A stretch of DNA of 64,000 bases from Longimicrobiales bacterium (GCA_965248195.1 CBDFIQ010000002.1:1152001-1216000); one strand, 5' to 3'. Numbered from the stretch's first letter, positions 1-8,842 are shown. Notes: generated from the sequence alone by a model not told the origin. Program-made: numbers and translations.

Positions 1-1
1 T

Positions 2-1351
2 CCCCTCTCGACCGATCCTCTGGCGTTTCGCGAAAACATGGAGGATGACCGCGCCCGCTACGACTCCCTTCAGGCCGCGGTGCGGGCCTTCGAGGACCGA
101 CTGGTCCGCGACGCGAGCTTGGTGGCCAGCCGTCTGCAGCGCCAACGCACGTGGCAGCTCTGGGTCACCCTGGGTGCCGTCGGCCTGGCCATCCTGGGCG
201 TAGTCTCCATGGCTTACCTCGGCGCGAGTCTCCAGAACCTCGCCCGTGGTGAGACGCAACGCCGGCTGGAGACCGTAACGGCCCGTCGCGATCTACACTC
301 GATCCTGGGAGGGACCGCCGATGGCCTGATCGGAGTCGATCAGAACGGAAGATGCACGTTCCTCAATGAAGCTGGGTCGACCTTGCTCGGTTACTCCCCG
401 AGCGAGCTGCGTGGGGAGCCCGTACACAGTCGGATCCACCACACCAGGGCCGACGGCGGCGAGCTTTCGGAGAGTGAATGTCCCGTTCACCGCGCGTTGG
501 GCTCCGGTGAAACCGTTCTCGTGCCGGATGACGTGTTGTGGCGCAAGGATGGAACGTCCTTCCCTGTTCAGCTCATCGTCAGTCCGATGATGGATGCGCG
601 GGAGGTGCGTGGCGTGGTCCTCACGTTTACTGACATGACCGAGATTCGTGCGGCCGAGGCAGCACTTCGTGACGCGGTGAGAGCGCGGGACGAGGTGCTG
701 GCGGTCGTATCCCATGATCTCCGGAATCCGATAGGCACGATCACGGCCGCGGCCGAGTTGTTGGCCGAGGTTGGGATGCCTCCGGAGCGGCAGGCGGAGC
801 ACGTCGAGATTATCGCCAGGGCGGCCCATCGCATCAACCGGTTGATCCAGGATCTCTTGGACGTAGCCACGATCGAGAGCGGGCGGCTTTCGGTCCGAAC
901 CAAGCGCGTGGACCTCGGTGAGCTCGTTGAGGAAGTCGGCTCTCAGATGCGACTTGGGGCCGACCTAGAGGGGGTCGACCTTTCGGTACGCGTCCCGGCG
1001 GAACTTCCAGCGGTGAAAGCGGACCGTGATCGGATTCTGCAAGTGATGTCCAACCTCGTCGGCAATGGGCTGAAGTTCACTCCGTCCGGCGGGGAGGTTA
1101 CGGTGGTCGCCGAGCGGGCTCCGGGCGGCGTATCGGTCACGGTTTCGGACACGGGCCCGGGAATTGAGCCCGAAATGAAGCAGCACCTGTTCGATCGGTT
1201 CTGGAGGGGACACGGATCCGGCTTGCGGGGCGCCGGGCTGGGTCTCGCAATCGTCAAGGGAATTCTTGAGGCCCACGGCACGCGGGTTGACGTGGAAACC
1301 GAGGTCGGCCGGGGGAGCGCTTTTTCGTTTACTCTGCCGACTGCGGACTGA
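2..1351 (+). CDS. PAS-domain sensor histidine kinase (probably 5'-truncated by the window edge)
   Basis: Frame is open from position 2 (track start 38). It has a TM segment, a PAS domain, an H-box (VSHDLRNP), an N-box (NLVGNGLKFT) and G-boxes (DTGPGI, GAGLGL). Confidence 0.9.
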   Translation, partial: PLSTDPLAFRENMEDDRARYDSLQAAVRAFEDRLVRDASLVASRLQRQRTWQLWVTLGAVGLAILGVVSMAYLGASLQNLARGETQRRLETVTARRDLHSILGGTADGLIGVDQNGRCTFLNEAGSTLLGYSPSELRGEPVHSRIHHTRADGGELSESECPVHRALGSGETVLVPDDVLWRKDGTSFPVQLIVSPMMDAREVRGVVLTFTDMTEIRAAEAALRDAVRARDEVLAVVSHDLRNPIGTITAAAELLAEVGMPPERQAEHVEIIARAAHRINRLIQDLLDVATIESGRLSVRTKRVDLGELVEEVGSQMRLGADLEGVDLSVRVPAELPAVKADRDRILQVMSNLVGNGLKFTPSGGEVTVVAERAPGGVSVTVSDTGPGIEPEMKQHLFDRFWRGHGSGLRGAGLGLAIVKGILEAHGTRVDVETEVGRGSAFSFTLPTAD

Positions 1352-2429
1352 AGCCCAGCAACTGGCAGGAATTTCGGACGACCGACGCATAGTCGGGGAC
1401 GATGGCAAGCCGAATCTCATCCCCGGGGCCATAGCTCTCGGTGGTTGAGAGGTGGACGGTGATAGCGCGGTGTCCTCCGGCCTCAGTCGGCAGCTGAACT
1501 TCCGCCTCGACGGCACTCCCCGTATACGTCGTGGACGTAACGGAGCCCCGGAGCAAGCCGTCCGCGTCGGGAGCGAATCCCTCGGGCCGAACCGAGACCA
1601 TCACGGGCACGCCCTCCGGGAGCCCGGATCGATCCACGCGGCAAAAGGAACCGAAATCGGTCAGCACGCACCCGTCGACGCCTTGAATAAACCCTTGGAG
1701 CAGGTTCGTACGGCCCACAAACGTCGCCACGAAAATCGATTCGGGATGTTTGTAGATCTCCAAGGGCGTTCCGACTTGTTCGATTCTCCCCTGATTCATG
1801 ACCGCCACCCGGTCGGAGACGGCCAGGGCGTCCCGCTGGTCGTGGCTGACTAGAACACAGGTGATCCCGGCCGACCTGAGGCTCCCGACCACCTCGTCAC
1901 GAACGTTGTCGCGGAGATGCGCGTCCAGATTGCTGAACGGCTCATCCATCAGTACCACGACGGGCTCCGGGGCGAGCGCTCGAGCGAGCGCCACTCGCTG
2001 CTGCTGGCCTCCGGACAGCTCATGCGGGTATCGGTCGAAGTGGTGCGAAAGATCGAGAAGCTCCAGGACTTCTCGGGCGCGCCCGGGCCGTTCCGACTTC
2101 GGACGCCCGTGGAGCCCGAACATGACGTTTTCTCCCACCGACAAATGGGGGAAGAGGGCATAGTCCTGGAAGACCATGCCCACGCCCCGATGTTCGGGCG
2201 GAACCCAGTCGCCGTTCCCCGACACCGCGGCGTCGCAGACACGGATTGTCCCGTCATCCGGAGCTTCGAACCCGGCGATGAGTCTCAGAGTCGTGGTCTT
2301 ACCACATCCGCTGGGGCCCAGCAGCGTGAGGATCTCGCCCTCGCGGACATCGAGCGTTACGCCGGACAGGGCCTGAACGGGCCCCGGCCAATAACTTTTC
2401 CCTACATTTTCCAGGTCGATGACCGACAT
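1329..2429 (-). CDS. ABC transporter ATP-binding protein, Fe3+/polyamine (FbpC/PotA) family
   Basis: Walker A GPSGCGKT, Q-loop MVFQDYALFPHL, signature LSGGQQQR, Walker B LMDEP, TOBE-like C-terminus. A Fur-like box upstream favours iron transport. Confidence 0.88.
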   Translation of the reverse strand: MSVIDLENVGKSYWPGPVQALSGVTLDVREGEILTLLGPSGCGKTTTLRLIAGFEAPDDGTIRVCDAAVSGNGDWVPPEHRGVGMVFQDYALFPHLSVGENVMFGLHGRPKSERPGRAREVLELLDLSHHFDRYPHELSGGQQQRVALARALAPEPVVVLMDEPFSNLDAHLRDNVRDEVVGSLRSAGITCVLVSHDQRDALAVSDRVAVMNQGRIEQVGTPLEIYKHPESIFVATFVGRTNLLQGFIQGVDGCVLTDFGSFCRVDRSGLPEGVPVMVSVRPEGFAPDADGLLRGSVTSTTYTGSAVEAEVQLPTEAGGHRAITVHLSTTESYGPGDEIRLAIVPDYASVVRNSCQLLGFSPQSAE

Positions 2430-2442
2430 TTCGGCGCACGCG

Positions 2443-2461
2443 ATTGAGAATCGTTTTCAAC
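2443..2461. promoter_or_regulatory. Fur-like operator (ATTGAGAATCGTTTTCAAC)
   Basis: AT-rich imperfect palindrome TTGAGAATCGTTTTCAA resembling the tGAGAATnATTcTCA form of the Fur box. It lies between the predicted promoter and the ATG of the ABC ATPase. Confidence 0.6.
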
Positions 2462-2470
2462 TCGTGTCCG

Positions 2471-2499
2471 ATGGTAGCGGATTCCAGCCAGGAGTACAA
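2471..2499 (-). promoter_or_regulatory. sigma70-type promoter for the ABC ATPase
   Basis: Minus strand TTGTAC (2499-2494) - N17 - TACCAT (2476-2471). Confidence 0.55.
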
Positions 2500-2544
2500 C
2501 TGACGCCGGGGAGGCGGGGTGGGCTGTCGCTTGTGGCATTCGCG

Positions 2545-4194
2545 TCACGCCGGGGGCACCTTGTGCTCTGCTGCGAGCTCCCGATACGCTGCCAGTTCAC
2601 GGTTTCTCCGATCCGCGTCCCACCCCAAAGCTTCCGCCATGATGTCGGCTGCGGCATCCGCTGCGGCGAGCCCGAAGTTCGGGCTGAAAAGCAGGAGGGC
2701 GGCCCGCCGGTCCATGAAGTCGACGAGGGTGAGCGCCATCTCACGCTCCACGGCCAAGCGGACCTCACCCCTGAGCGCAGGTACTTCCGGGTGGAGTGGT
2801 TCCAACCAGGACCGATCGTCGTCGGCGAGAGCGAGCAGGTCGTCGAGTTGGTTCCCGTACAGCCAACAGAGTCGTTCCACGACCGCCGGCTCGACCCCGG
2901 ACTCGATCAGGTCCCGCGAACGCTCGGCGTGGTAGGCCTCGAGCCCGGCGGGACCGACAACGGCACCCGGAAGCGGAACCGTCGCGGTCCGCTCCGGGGG
3001 TCCGGGCGCGGGTCCGAGGTCGGGGTCGGCAAGCTTGAGGACCCGGCGCGCCATCTGCCGGTACGTCGTGAGCTTTCCGCCCGCCACGGTGATCAGCCCT
3101 GGAGGGGAGACCCAAACGGCGTCCTCACGGGATGTGTCGCGCGTGCTCTTGCCCTCTTCGCGAATCAGAGGACGAACGCCGGCCCATGTAGCCAGAATGT
3201 CGTCGTACCCGAGGTTCTGTTCCGGAAAACAGTTGCTGACCATGTCCAGCACCTCGTCCACATCGGATCGTGTGGCCCGGGGCCGGTCGAGCGACCCGTC
3301 GTATTCATCGTCGGTAGTGCCGACGTAAACGTAATCCAGGCGCCGCATCGCGAGGCCCCTCTTCCCATTCGTCGCACGCAGAAAGGTCGCCCCCTCGATC
3401 GGCAAACGTTCAGCCGACAGCAGGATGTGGATCCCTTTGCTCGGGATAAGCGAGAACTCGGCGTCGAGGCCGGCTTCTGCCAACACCCCCGCCGACCAAG
3501 CACCCGTTGCGTTGACAATCAGTCTAGCCGACACCTCCACCGTTCGGTCCTCGATCAAGTCCACTACGCGGCATCCGGTGACCCGGCCGTCCTTCATCCG
3601 CAAATCTTGGACGCGCGCATGGTTGACGACCGAGGCGCCGTGCTCGGCGGCGGACTGCGCGTTCTCCAGCGTGAGCCGTGCGTCGTCGGTGATGTACTCA
3701 GGGTATCGCACCGCGCCCTTGAGCGAATCGCGGAGGCCCGGGAGCTGTTCCCTGACCTCCGCCGGAGAGAGGTTTTCGTGTTTCTCGGGGCCTTTTGAGG
3801 CGGCCAAGAAGTCGAAGACCGTCAGCCCCGCCTGGATCTTGATCAGGCTTTCGCCACTGAAAACGGGGAAGACGAACCGGAGTTGATGGACGAGGTGAGG
3901 AGCAATGGTCCGTAACACCGCCCGCTCCAGTGCTGACTCCTTCACGAGTAGAAAGTGTCCGTACTCGAGATAGCGGACGCCGCCGTGCACGATCTTGGAC
4001 GAACGACTCGAGGTGCCGAAGCCGAAGTCCTCCTTTTCCACGAGCCCCACGGTCCACCCCCGGAGGGCGGCGTCCCGTGCGATGCCGCAACCGGTGATGC
4101 CTCCGCCAATGACGAGCAAATCCAGTCGTTCTTGGCCGAGCCGCGTGAGGGCGTCACGACGTCCGGCAAGGTTGAATTCCTGGGGAGGGGGCAT
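2545..4194 (-). CDS. glpD: FAD-dependent glycerol-3-phosphate dehydrogenase/oxidase
   Basis: GGGITG FAD motif, GTSSRSSKIVHGGVRYL, DDARL, WAGVRPL, GGKLTTYR. Start moved to the ATG at 4194, just after the glpQ stop. Confidence 0.92.
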   Translation of the reverse strand: MPPPQEFNLAGRRDALTRLGQERLDLLVIGGGITGCGIARDAALRGWTVGLVEKEDFGFGTSSRSSKIVHGGVRYLEYGHFLLVKESALERAVLRTIAPHLVHQLRFVFPVFSGESLIKIQAGLTVFDFLAASKGPEKHENLSPAEVREQLPGLRDSLKGAVRYPEYITDDARLTLENAQSAAEHGASVVNHARVQDLRMKDGRVTGCRVVDLIEDRTVEVSARLIVNATGAWSAGVLAEAGLDAEFSLIPSKGIHILLSAERLPIEGATFLRATNGKRGLAMRRLDYVYVGTTDDEYDGSLDRPRATRSDVDEVLDMVSNCFPEQNLGYDDILATWAGVRPLIREEGKSTRDTSREDAVWVSPPGLITVAGGKLTTYRQMARRVLKLADPDLGPAPGPPERTATVPLPGAVVGPAGLEAYHAERSRDLIESGVEPAVVERLCWLYGNQLDDLLALADDDRSWLEPLHPEVPALRGEVRLAVEREMALTLVDFMDRRAALLLFSPNFGLAAADAAADIMAEALGWDADRRNRELAAYRELAAEHKVPPA

Positions 4195-4195
4195 G

Positions 4196-4939
4196 CTATT
4201 CCGACTCCCGGCCAGCCCACGCGAGGAGCCGGTCGAGGTGGTCGGTCGTGAAGCCGGTGACGCCCGCTTGGCGCAGCCTTGTCGCTTCATCGGGCTCATT
4301 GACCGTCCAGGTCACAACGCCCACCCCCTCGTCCTTCGCGCGCTTTACCAGCGATGGGTCGTGCAATGCGATTTCATGATTCAAATCGAGGATGGCGGCC
4401 GGATCGGCGGCGGCGAGTGACAGCGCCTCGTCGAACAGGTCGGCGGTCACCACGATGAAACCGATACGGATGGCGGCGTCTCGCGCACGAACGCGTTCGA
4501 GGATACTCCAGTCGATGCTGATGAACGTGGTGCGACCGGACATTCTCCGGTCCCGAACAATGCCGACCATACTGTCGACATCCGAAGGTTCACGGATTCC
4601 CTTCACCTCGGGATAGATGTGATGTGCTCTGCCGGCGACGTGATCGAGAGCTTCGGTCAAGGTGGGGATCCTCTCACCGGCGAATCCCGGATCGAACCAG
4701 GCACCCGCGTCTAACATCCGCAACTGCTCGACTGTCTGTCGACGGACCGGCCCCTCACCGTCGGTTGTGCGATCCAGCGTCTCGTCATGAATGACCACGG
4801 GCGTGCCACAGCACGCCACCCGGACATCGAACTCCACGGCACGGGCGCCGGCCCTCAGCGCAGCCTCGATGGACACGAGCGTGTTTTCGGGAGCCCGCGC
4901 CGCGTATCCGCGATGTCCGATGATCTCGACGTCGCCCAA
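4196..4939 (-). CDS. glpQ: glycerophosphodiester phosphodiesterase
   Basis: IIGHRG...APENT, VEFDV, IHD.TLDRTT, IPTL.E, WTVN motifs. Confidence 0.9.
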   Translation of the reverse strand: MGDVEIIGHRGYAARAPENTLVSIEAALRAGARAVEFDVRVACCGTPVVIHDETLDRTTDGEGPVRRQTVEQLRMLDAGAWFDPGFAGERIPTLTEALDHVAGRAHHIYPEVKGIREPSDVDSMVGIVRDRRMSGRTTFISIDWSILERVRARDAAIRIGFIVVTADLFDEALSLAAADPAAILDLNHEIALHDPSLVKRAKDEGVGVVTWTVNEPDEATRLRQAGVTGFTTDHLDRLLAWAGRESE

Positions 4940-4944
4940 ACGGC

Positions 4945-5289
4945 CTACTCGTCCGAGCTGGGCCCCGAGATCTGAGCCGGGCTTTGTGGTGGCGCCGCCA
5001 ACTTATCATCGAAATCGGCTGTATCAGCGATCCGCTGCGCACTCGACTCGATCGACTCCAACTGCTGCTCCATCAGCGCCATCCGACGCTCGAGAATAGA
5101 AACGGCGTCGTCACTATCTTTCCTGTCGAAAAATCGACTGAGGGCTTCGACCGTCGGCTTGAGCGCGAAGCGCGCCGTGATCCCGAGGACCGGGATGAGG
5201 ACGACGGAGATCCCCATGAACACGGCGAGGAGGGCCGTCAGATCGATGGGGAGGATCTCCTGGGCGGCGGCGAGTGCGGCGAATGTCAT
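4945..5289 (-). CDS. small single-pass membrane protein with C-terminal coiled coil (114 aa)
   Basis: ATG at 5289 (MTFAALAAAQEILP). Hydrophobic helix LLAVFMGISVVLIPVLGITA, then heptad-like ILERRMALMEQQLESIESSAQRI. The longer track ORF to 5763 is a shadow of the opposite gene. Confidence 0.72.
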   Translation of the reverse strand: MTFAALAAAQEILPIDLTALLAVFMGISVVLIPVLGITARFALKPTVEALSRFFDRKDSDDAVSILERRMALMEQQLESIESSAQRIADTADFDDKLAAPPQSPAQISGPSSDE

Positions 5290-5379
5290 GCGAGATCTCC
5301 GGCCGGTGACGTCCTGGTGAGGTTGCCGAATGGATGTGATCGGGCGCCCGCGCGCAAGGCGCACCGGCGTTGCAACCAT

Positions 5380-5406
5380 TACGCGAGTCAGGCCGTCGAA
5401 GTTTGC
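5380..5406 (-). promoter_or_regulatory. ECF sigma-type promoter (GCAAAC-N17-CGTA)
   Basis: Minus strand GCAAAC 5406-5401, 17-nt spacer, CGTA 5383-5380. Points at the small membrane protein. Confidence 0.5.
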
Positions 5407-5425
5407 AGAACCGCGATCTCGAATT

Positions 5426-5452
5426 GAAAACTTTTGTGGGCATCTACTCGTA
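5426..5452 (+). promoter_or_regulatory. ECF sigma-type promoter (GAAAAC-TTTT-N13-CGTA)
   Basis: GAAAAC 5426-5431, T-tract, 17-nt spacer, CGTA 5449-5452. Points at the DUF4097 gene. Confidence 0.55.
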
Positions 5453-5552
5453 CGGAGTTCGGACGGTTCGGCTGTTGGAGGAGCGGTAGCGACCAGGGAG
5501 GAAGCGCTGGCCCGGACGGGCCGTGTGTGACGAGGCGGGCCAAGGAGGCGAC

Positions 5553-6512
5553 ATGAGGGAGATGAATCGGGCGGCGGTGGTGGTCGGGATCCTAGTGGCA
5601 GGTGCGCTGACCCTCGCTCAAGCGAGAGAGGGTGACGCGATGACGAACGGGCTGGTCTGGGGATCGCAAAAGGTGGTGCAGGGTGCCCAGAGGGTGTTCG
5701 CTGGAATGAGCCGTGCCGTTGGCGGGCTCTTCTACGAGGATCGCGCGCGGGCTGCCTCCGCACCCACCTCCGCTCAGCGACGGAGTCGGGACGGATCGGC
5801 TCGAGAGGCGGCCGACTTCGTGTGGCGCGGAGCGGTGGGGACGGGACAGACAGTAGAGATCAAAGGCGTGAACGGGGACATCATCGCCGAGCGGTCTGCC
5901 GGCGGAGAGATCGAGGTTCGGGCCGAGAGAAGTGCGCGCCGAAGCGACCCGGAGGCGGTGCGCATCGAAGTCGTCGAGCACGCGCGGGGCGTGACGGTTT
6001 GCGCGGTCTACCCATCTTCTCGGGGACGTGAGAACACGTGCGAACCCGGATCGAGGGGCCGCAACAGCACCCGCAATAACGACGTCCGGGTGACCTTTTA
6101 CGTGAGTGTTCCGGAGGACGTCGGTTTCCTGGGCAAAACCGTGAACGGCGACGTGCGGGTGCACGATCTCGCCTCGGAGGTGGGCGCCGAGAGCGTGAAT
6201 GGAGACATCGAGATTTCCACCTCGGGCTTCGCCGAAGCGAGCACCGTCAACGGGTCCATCGACGCCGCCATGGAGCGGTACGACATCGCTTCGGGTTTGA
6301 GCTTCTCGACCGTCAATGGGAGCATATCTTTGGATCTTCCTGACGATGTCGACGCGGACCTGGACGCCAGATGGGTGAACGGGCGCCTCGAAACCGATCT
6401 GCCGCTCGAGCTGATCGGGAGAGTTTCACGCCGCTCGGCTCGGGGCGCTCTCGGCGACGGCGGTCCGGAGTTGAACCTGCGGACCGTCAACGGCTCGATC
6501 CACCTCTTTTAG
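5553..6512 (+). CDS. DUF4097 (Toastrack) beta-strand repeat protein, exported
   Basis: AAGGAGG RBS before ATG 5553, N-terminal signal/TM, repeated (T/S)VNG(D/S)I motifs, ends LRTVNGSIHLF. Confidence 0.82.
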   Translation: MREMNRAAVVVGILVAGALTLAQAREGDAMTNGLVWGSQKVVQGAQRVFAGMSRAVGGLFYEDRARAASAPTSAQRRSRDGSAREAADFVWRGAVGTGQTVEIKGVNGDIIAERSAGGEIEVRAERSARRSDPEAVRIEVVEHARGVTVCAVYPSSRGRENTCEPGSRGRNSTRNNDVRVTFYVSVPEDVGFLGKTVNGDVRVHDLASEVGAESVNGDIEISTSGFAEASTVNGSIDAAMERYDIASGLSFSTVNGSISLDLPDDVDADLDARWVNGRLETDLPLELIGRVSRRSARGALGDGGPELNLRTVNGSIHLF

Positions 6513-6552
6513 GGGGATCACCGACCCACCCTTATCCCGACATCCCGTCGGT

Positions 6553-6595
6553 AGCCCCGGGCCTGAGGGCCCCTCCCTCTGGAGGCCCCGGGGCT
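6553..6595 (+). terminator. GC-rich hairpin after the DUF4097 gene (possible terminator)
   Basis: AGCCCCGGGCCT...AGGCCCCGGGGCT inverted repeat with an inner GAGGG/CCCTC stem. The U-tract is weak. Confidence 0.45.
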
Positions 6596-6670
6596 TACTC
6601 ACTTGTGTAACAAAAACACTCTTAGTAGGGTACATCTTGCTGACTCCGTAAGTCGTTTCGAAGTTTGAGC

Positions 6671-6698
6671 TTGACCCGCAGCCTGCCTTGAGTAATTT
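6671..6698 (+). promoter_or_regulatory. possible sigma70 promoter for the TPR gene
   Basis: TTGACC-N16-TAATTT in an AT-rich intergenic region. Confidence 0.35.
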
Positions 6699-6807
6699 TG
6701 CTCGGCTGTCGGTTTCGGATGTAACAGGATTTGGTACGCCGGATCGGCAGTGGGCCCAAAGAAGGCCTTTGGGAGCAGATAATTCAGGAACCCATCCAGG
6801 AGTAAGG

Positions 6808-8565
6808 ATGATGATTGGACGCCGCCCTCTGGGAGTTTGTTTACCCGTGCTGTTCGCGTTGACCGTTTTGGGCAGCACGGCGCTCCAGGCTCAGCAGACC
6901 GTGAGCAGCCGTTTCCGCGTGCTCATACCGGACTTCCAACCCATGAACGGGGAGGATGACGACTTTGGCAAGGACCTGGCGGATGAACTGCGGGACCTTA
7001 TCGAGGATATGCTCACCCATAGTGCCGTGGATGAGGACGACATCGAAGACGCCCTCGACCGGTTCGACATGAACATGGAGGACCTCAATTGTATCCTCGC
7101 CCGTCAGCTAGCCCAACAGAGCAACTATCAGGTCGTGCTCTGTGCGCAATACACCGGGACCAGGGAGGCGTGGCAGATCCAAAACATCCGTTTCGTAGAT
7201 AGTGGGACCGGAGAAACGTTTGAGGTCGATCCGATCATGTCCGCCCGTGATAGGGAAGAAGAGGCGGCCGCGCAGATTGTTGAGAGCTTCGAACTCTTCG
7301 TCGAGCAAACGAGGGTAGCCATCTTTTGCGGTGACTACGCCGCAAGCCAGCAGTGGGAGAACTCGCTCGAGAACTGTGACCGGGCGCTCGAGTTGAACCC
7401 GAATGCGAATTCGACCCGGTATACGCGAGCCAACGTACTGCGCCAGACCGACCGGTTCGAGGAGTCCTTGGCGGAGGTCCAGCGCTTGCTCGAACGTGAT
7501 CCCTACCACGAAAATGGGCTGTTGCTCGGTGGTTTCTTGGCCATCAACCTCGACAACAAGGAGCTGGCCCGGGGTTTCTATGGCCGGTACCTCGAGCTGG
7601 ATCCGACGAATGCCTCCGTGCGGATGACCGTCGCCTACGATCTGGCCCAGGAAGGGGATCCCCTCGGGGGAATGGAGATCATCGAGGCCGGAGTGGAGGT
7701 CGATCCCGACAATATCGACTTCTATGAGCAGTTGGGGAACTTCGCGTTCGCCGGAGCGGAGCAGGTCCGCAGAGAGGCAGAGGACGCGGGAAGCGACAGC
7801 ATGACGCCCGAGGTCCGCGAGTTATACGCTAAGGCGATCGCGGCGTATGAGCGGGTCTTTACCGAGAAGGGCGCGGAGACGTTGGTCTCACAGCTCCGTA
7901 ATGTATCCGCCGCACAGCTCCAACTGGGCAATGTGGAGGAAGCGATCGCGTTTGCCGAGCGCGCCATCCAGTCTAACTCCAGTGATGCAAGCCTGCGGGC
8001 CATCCATGCGGAGGCGCTGAAGGAATCGGGGCAGATCACCGAGGCCGTGGCGGCACTCGCTTCCATCGAGGAGCTCGATCCGGATTGGCCCAACCTGCAC
8101 CTTCGTATGGGTAACTGGCTCATGGAGGCCAGGCGGGTCGAGGAGGCGGTACCGGTACTACAGAAGGCGGTTGCGAATGGGGCGTCGCCAGATCAGGCCG
8201 CGAACATGATCTTTACTCAGGCTTACGCGGCGTATGTTCAGCCGACCGAGAAGAATTACCCGCGATTCGTCGAACTGATTCAATTCGCCAAAGATTTCGA
8301 CGTTAGCGGTCAGGTACGGGAGACCTACGACTTCTGGCATGGATACAGTCTCTATAACCAAGGAGTCGCGCTGCAACCTGTGCCCGAGACGCTCGACTCC
8401 GCCAATCGGACGCTGCCGATGTTTAGGGAGGCCCTCGCACTCTTCCAACGGGGCAAGGGTTACGCGGACCGGACCGAGGGCATCAATTTCCAGCAGTTCG
8501 CGGAAGCGATCGGCACGTATATCGAGATCCAAGAGGCGGTCATTTTGCGCGCAAACCGCCGGTAG
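6808..8565 (+). CDS. exported tetratricopeptide-repeat protein
   Basis: AGGAG RBS and ATG 6808. Signal peptide ending ALQA, N-terminal alpha/beta domain (RVLIPDF), multiple TPR-like repeats (ALELNPN, LLERDPY, YLELDPT, IEELDPD). Confidence 0.8.
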   Translation: MMIGRRPLGVCLPVLFALTVLGSTALQAQQTVSSRFRVLIPDFQPMNGEDDDFGKDLADELRDLIEDMLTHSAVDEDDIEDALDRFDMNMEDLNCILARQLAQQSNYQVVLCAQYTGTREAWQIQNIRFVDSGTGETFEVDPIMSARDREEEAAAQIVESFELFVEQTRVAIFCGDYAASQQWENSLENCDRALELNPNANSTRYTRANVLRQTDRFEESLAEVQRLLERDPYHENGLLLGGFLAINLDNKELARGFYGRYLELDPTNASVRMTVAYDLAQEGDPLGGMEIIEAGVEVDPDNIDFYEQLGNFAFAGAEQVRREAEDAGSDSMTPEVRELYAKAIAAYERVFTEKGAETLVSQLRNVSAAQLQLGNVEEAIAFAERAIQSNSSDASLRAIHAEALKESGQITEAVAALASIEELDPDWPNLHLRMGNWLMEARRVEEAVPVLQKAVANGASPDQAANMIFTQAYAAYVQPTEKNYPRFVELIQFAKDFDVSGQVRETYDFWHGYSLYNQGVALQPVPETLDSANRTLPMFREALALFQRGKGYADRTEGINFQQFAEAIGTYIEIQEAVILRANRR

Positions 8566-8586
8566 CTCGCGCCCTGACGAGCGCCG

Positions 8587-8630
8587 AGGGCGCCGCGGGA
8601 GATTTTCTCCTGCGGCGCCCTTTTTTTTGT
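8587..8630 (+). terminator. Rho-independent terminator
   Basis: AGGGCGCCGCGGGAGA / TCTCCTGCGGCGCCCT stem followed by TTTTTTTTGT. Confidence 0.9.
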
Positions 8631-8842
8631 TTAGGGGCCAGGCCCGTCTGCTGGGCCTACACCAGTGGGGGAGAGTGGGTAAATCGCTCCGGTGGCGAAT
8701 CTCTTCACAAATTTTCTCCGAATCTGTCGTGGGCGGCCGTTGAGTTTTTACCACGTAACTCAATGACAAACAATAACTTGTGCAATTCTGGCACGCCCCG
8801 CACACCCAAACAAAACCCGAAAACTATCTGCACCGGAAAGGC

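Noticed and set aside
2419..3798. Long alternative-frame ORFs (also 9526-11025, 12195-14210, 45513-46832 and many others)
   Set aside because: They overlap well-supported genes on the opposite strand and lack recognisable motifs, which is typical of high-GC DNA.
1329..4939. ABC ATPase as UgpC of a glycerol-3-phosphate uptake operon with glpQ/glpD
   Set aside because: No ugpABE genes, the motifs are FbpC/PotA-like, and it has its own promoter with a Fur-like box.
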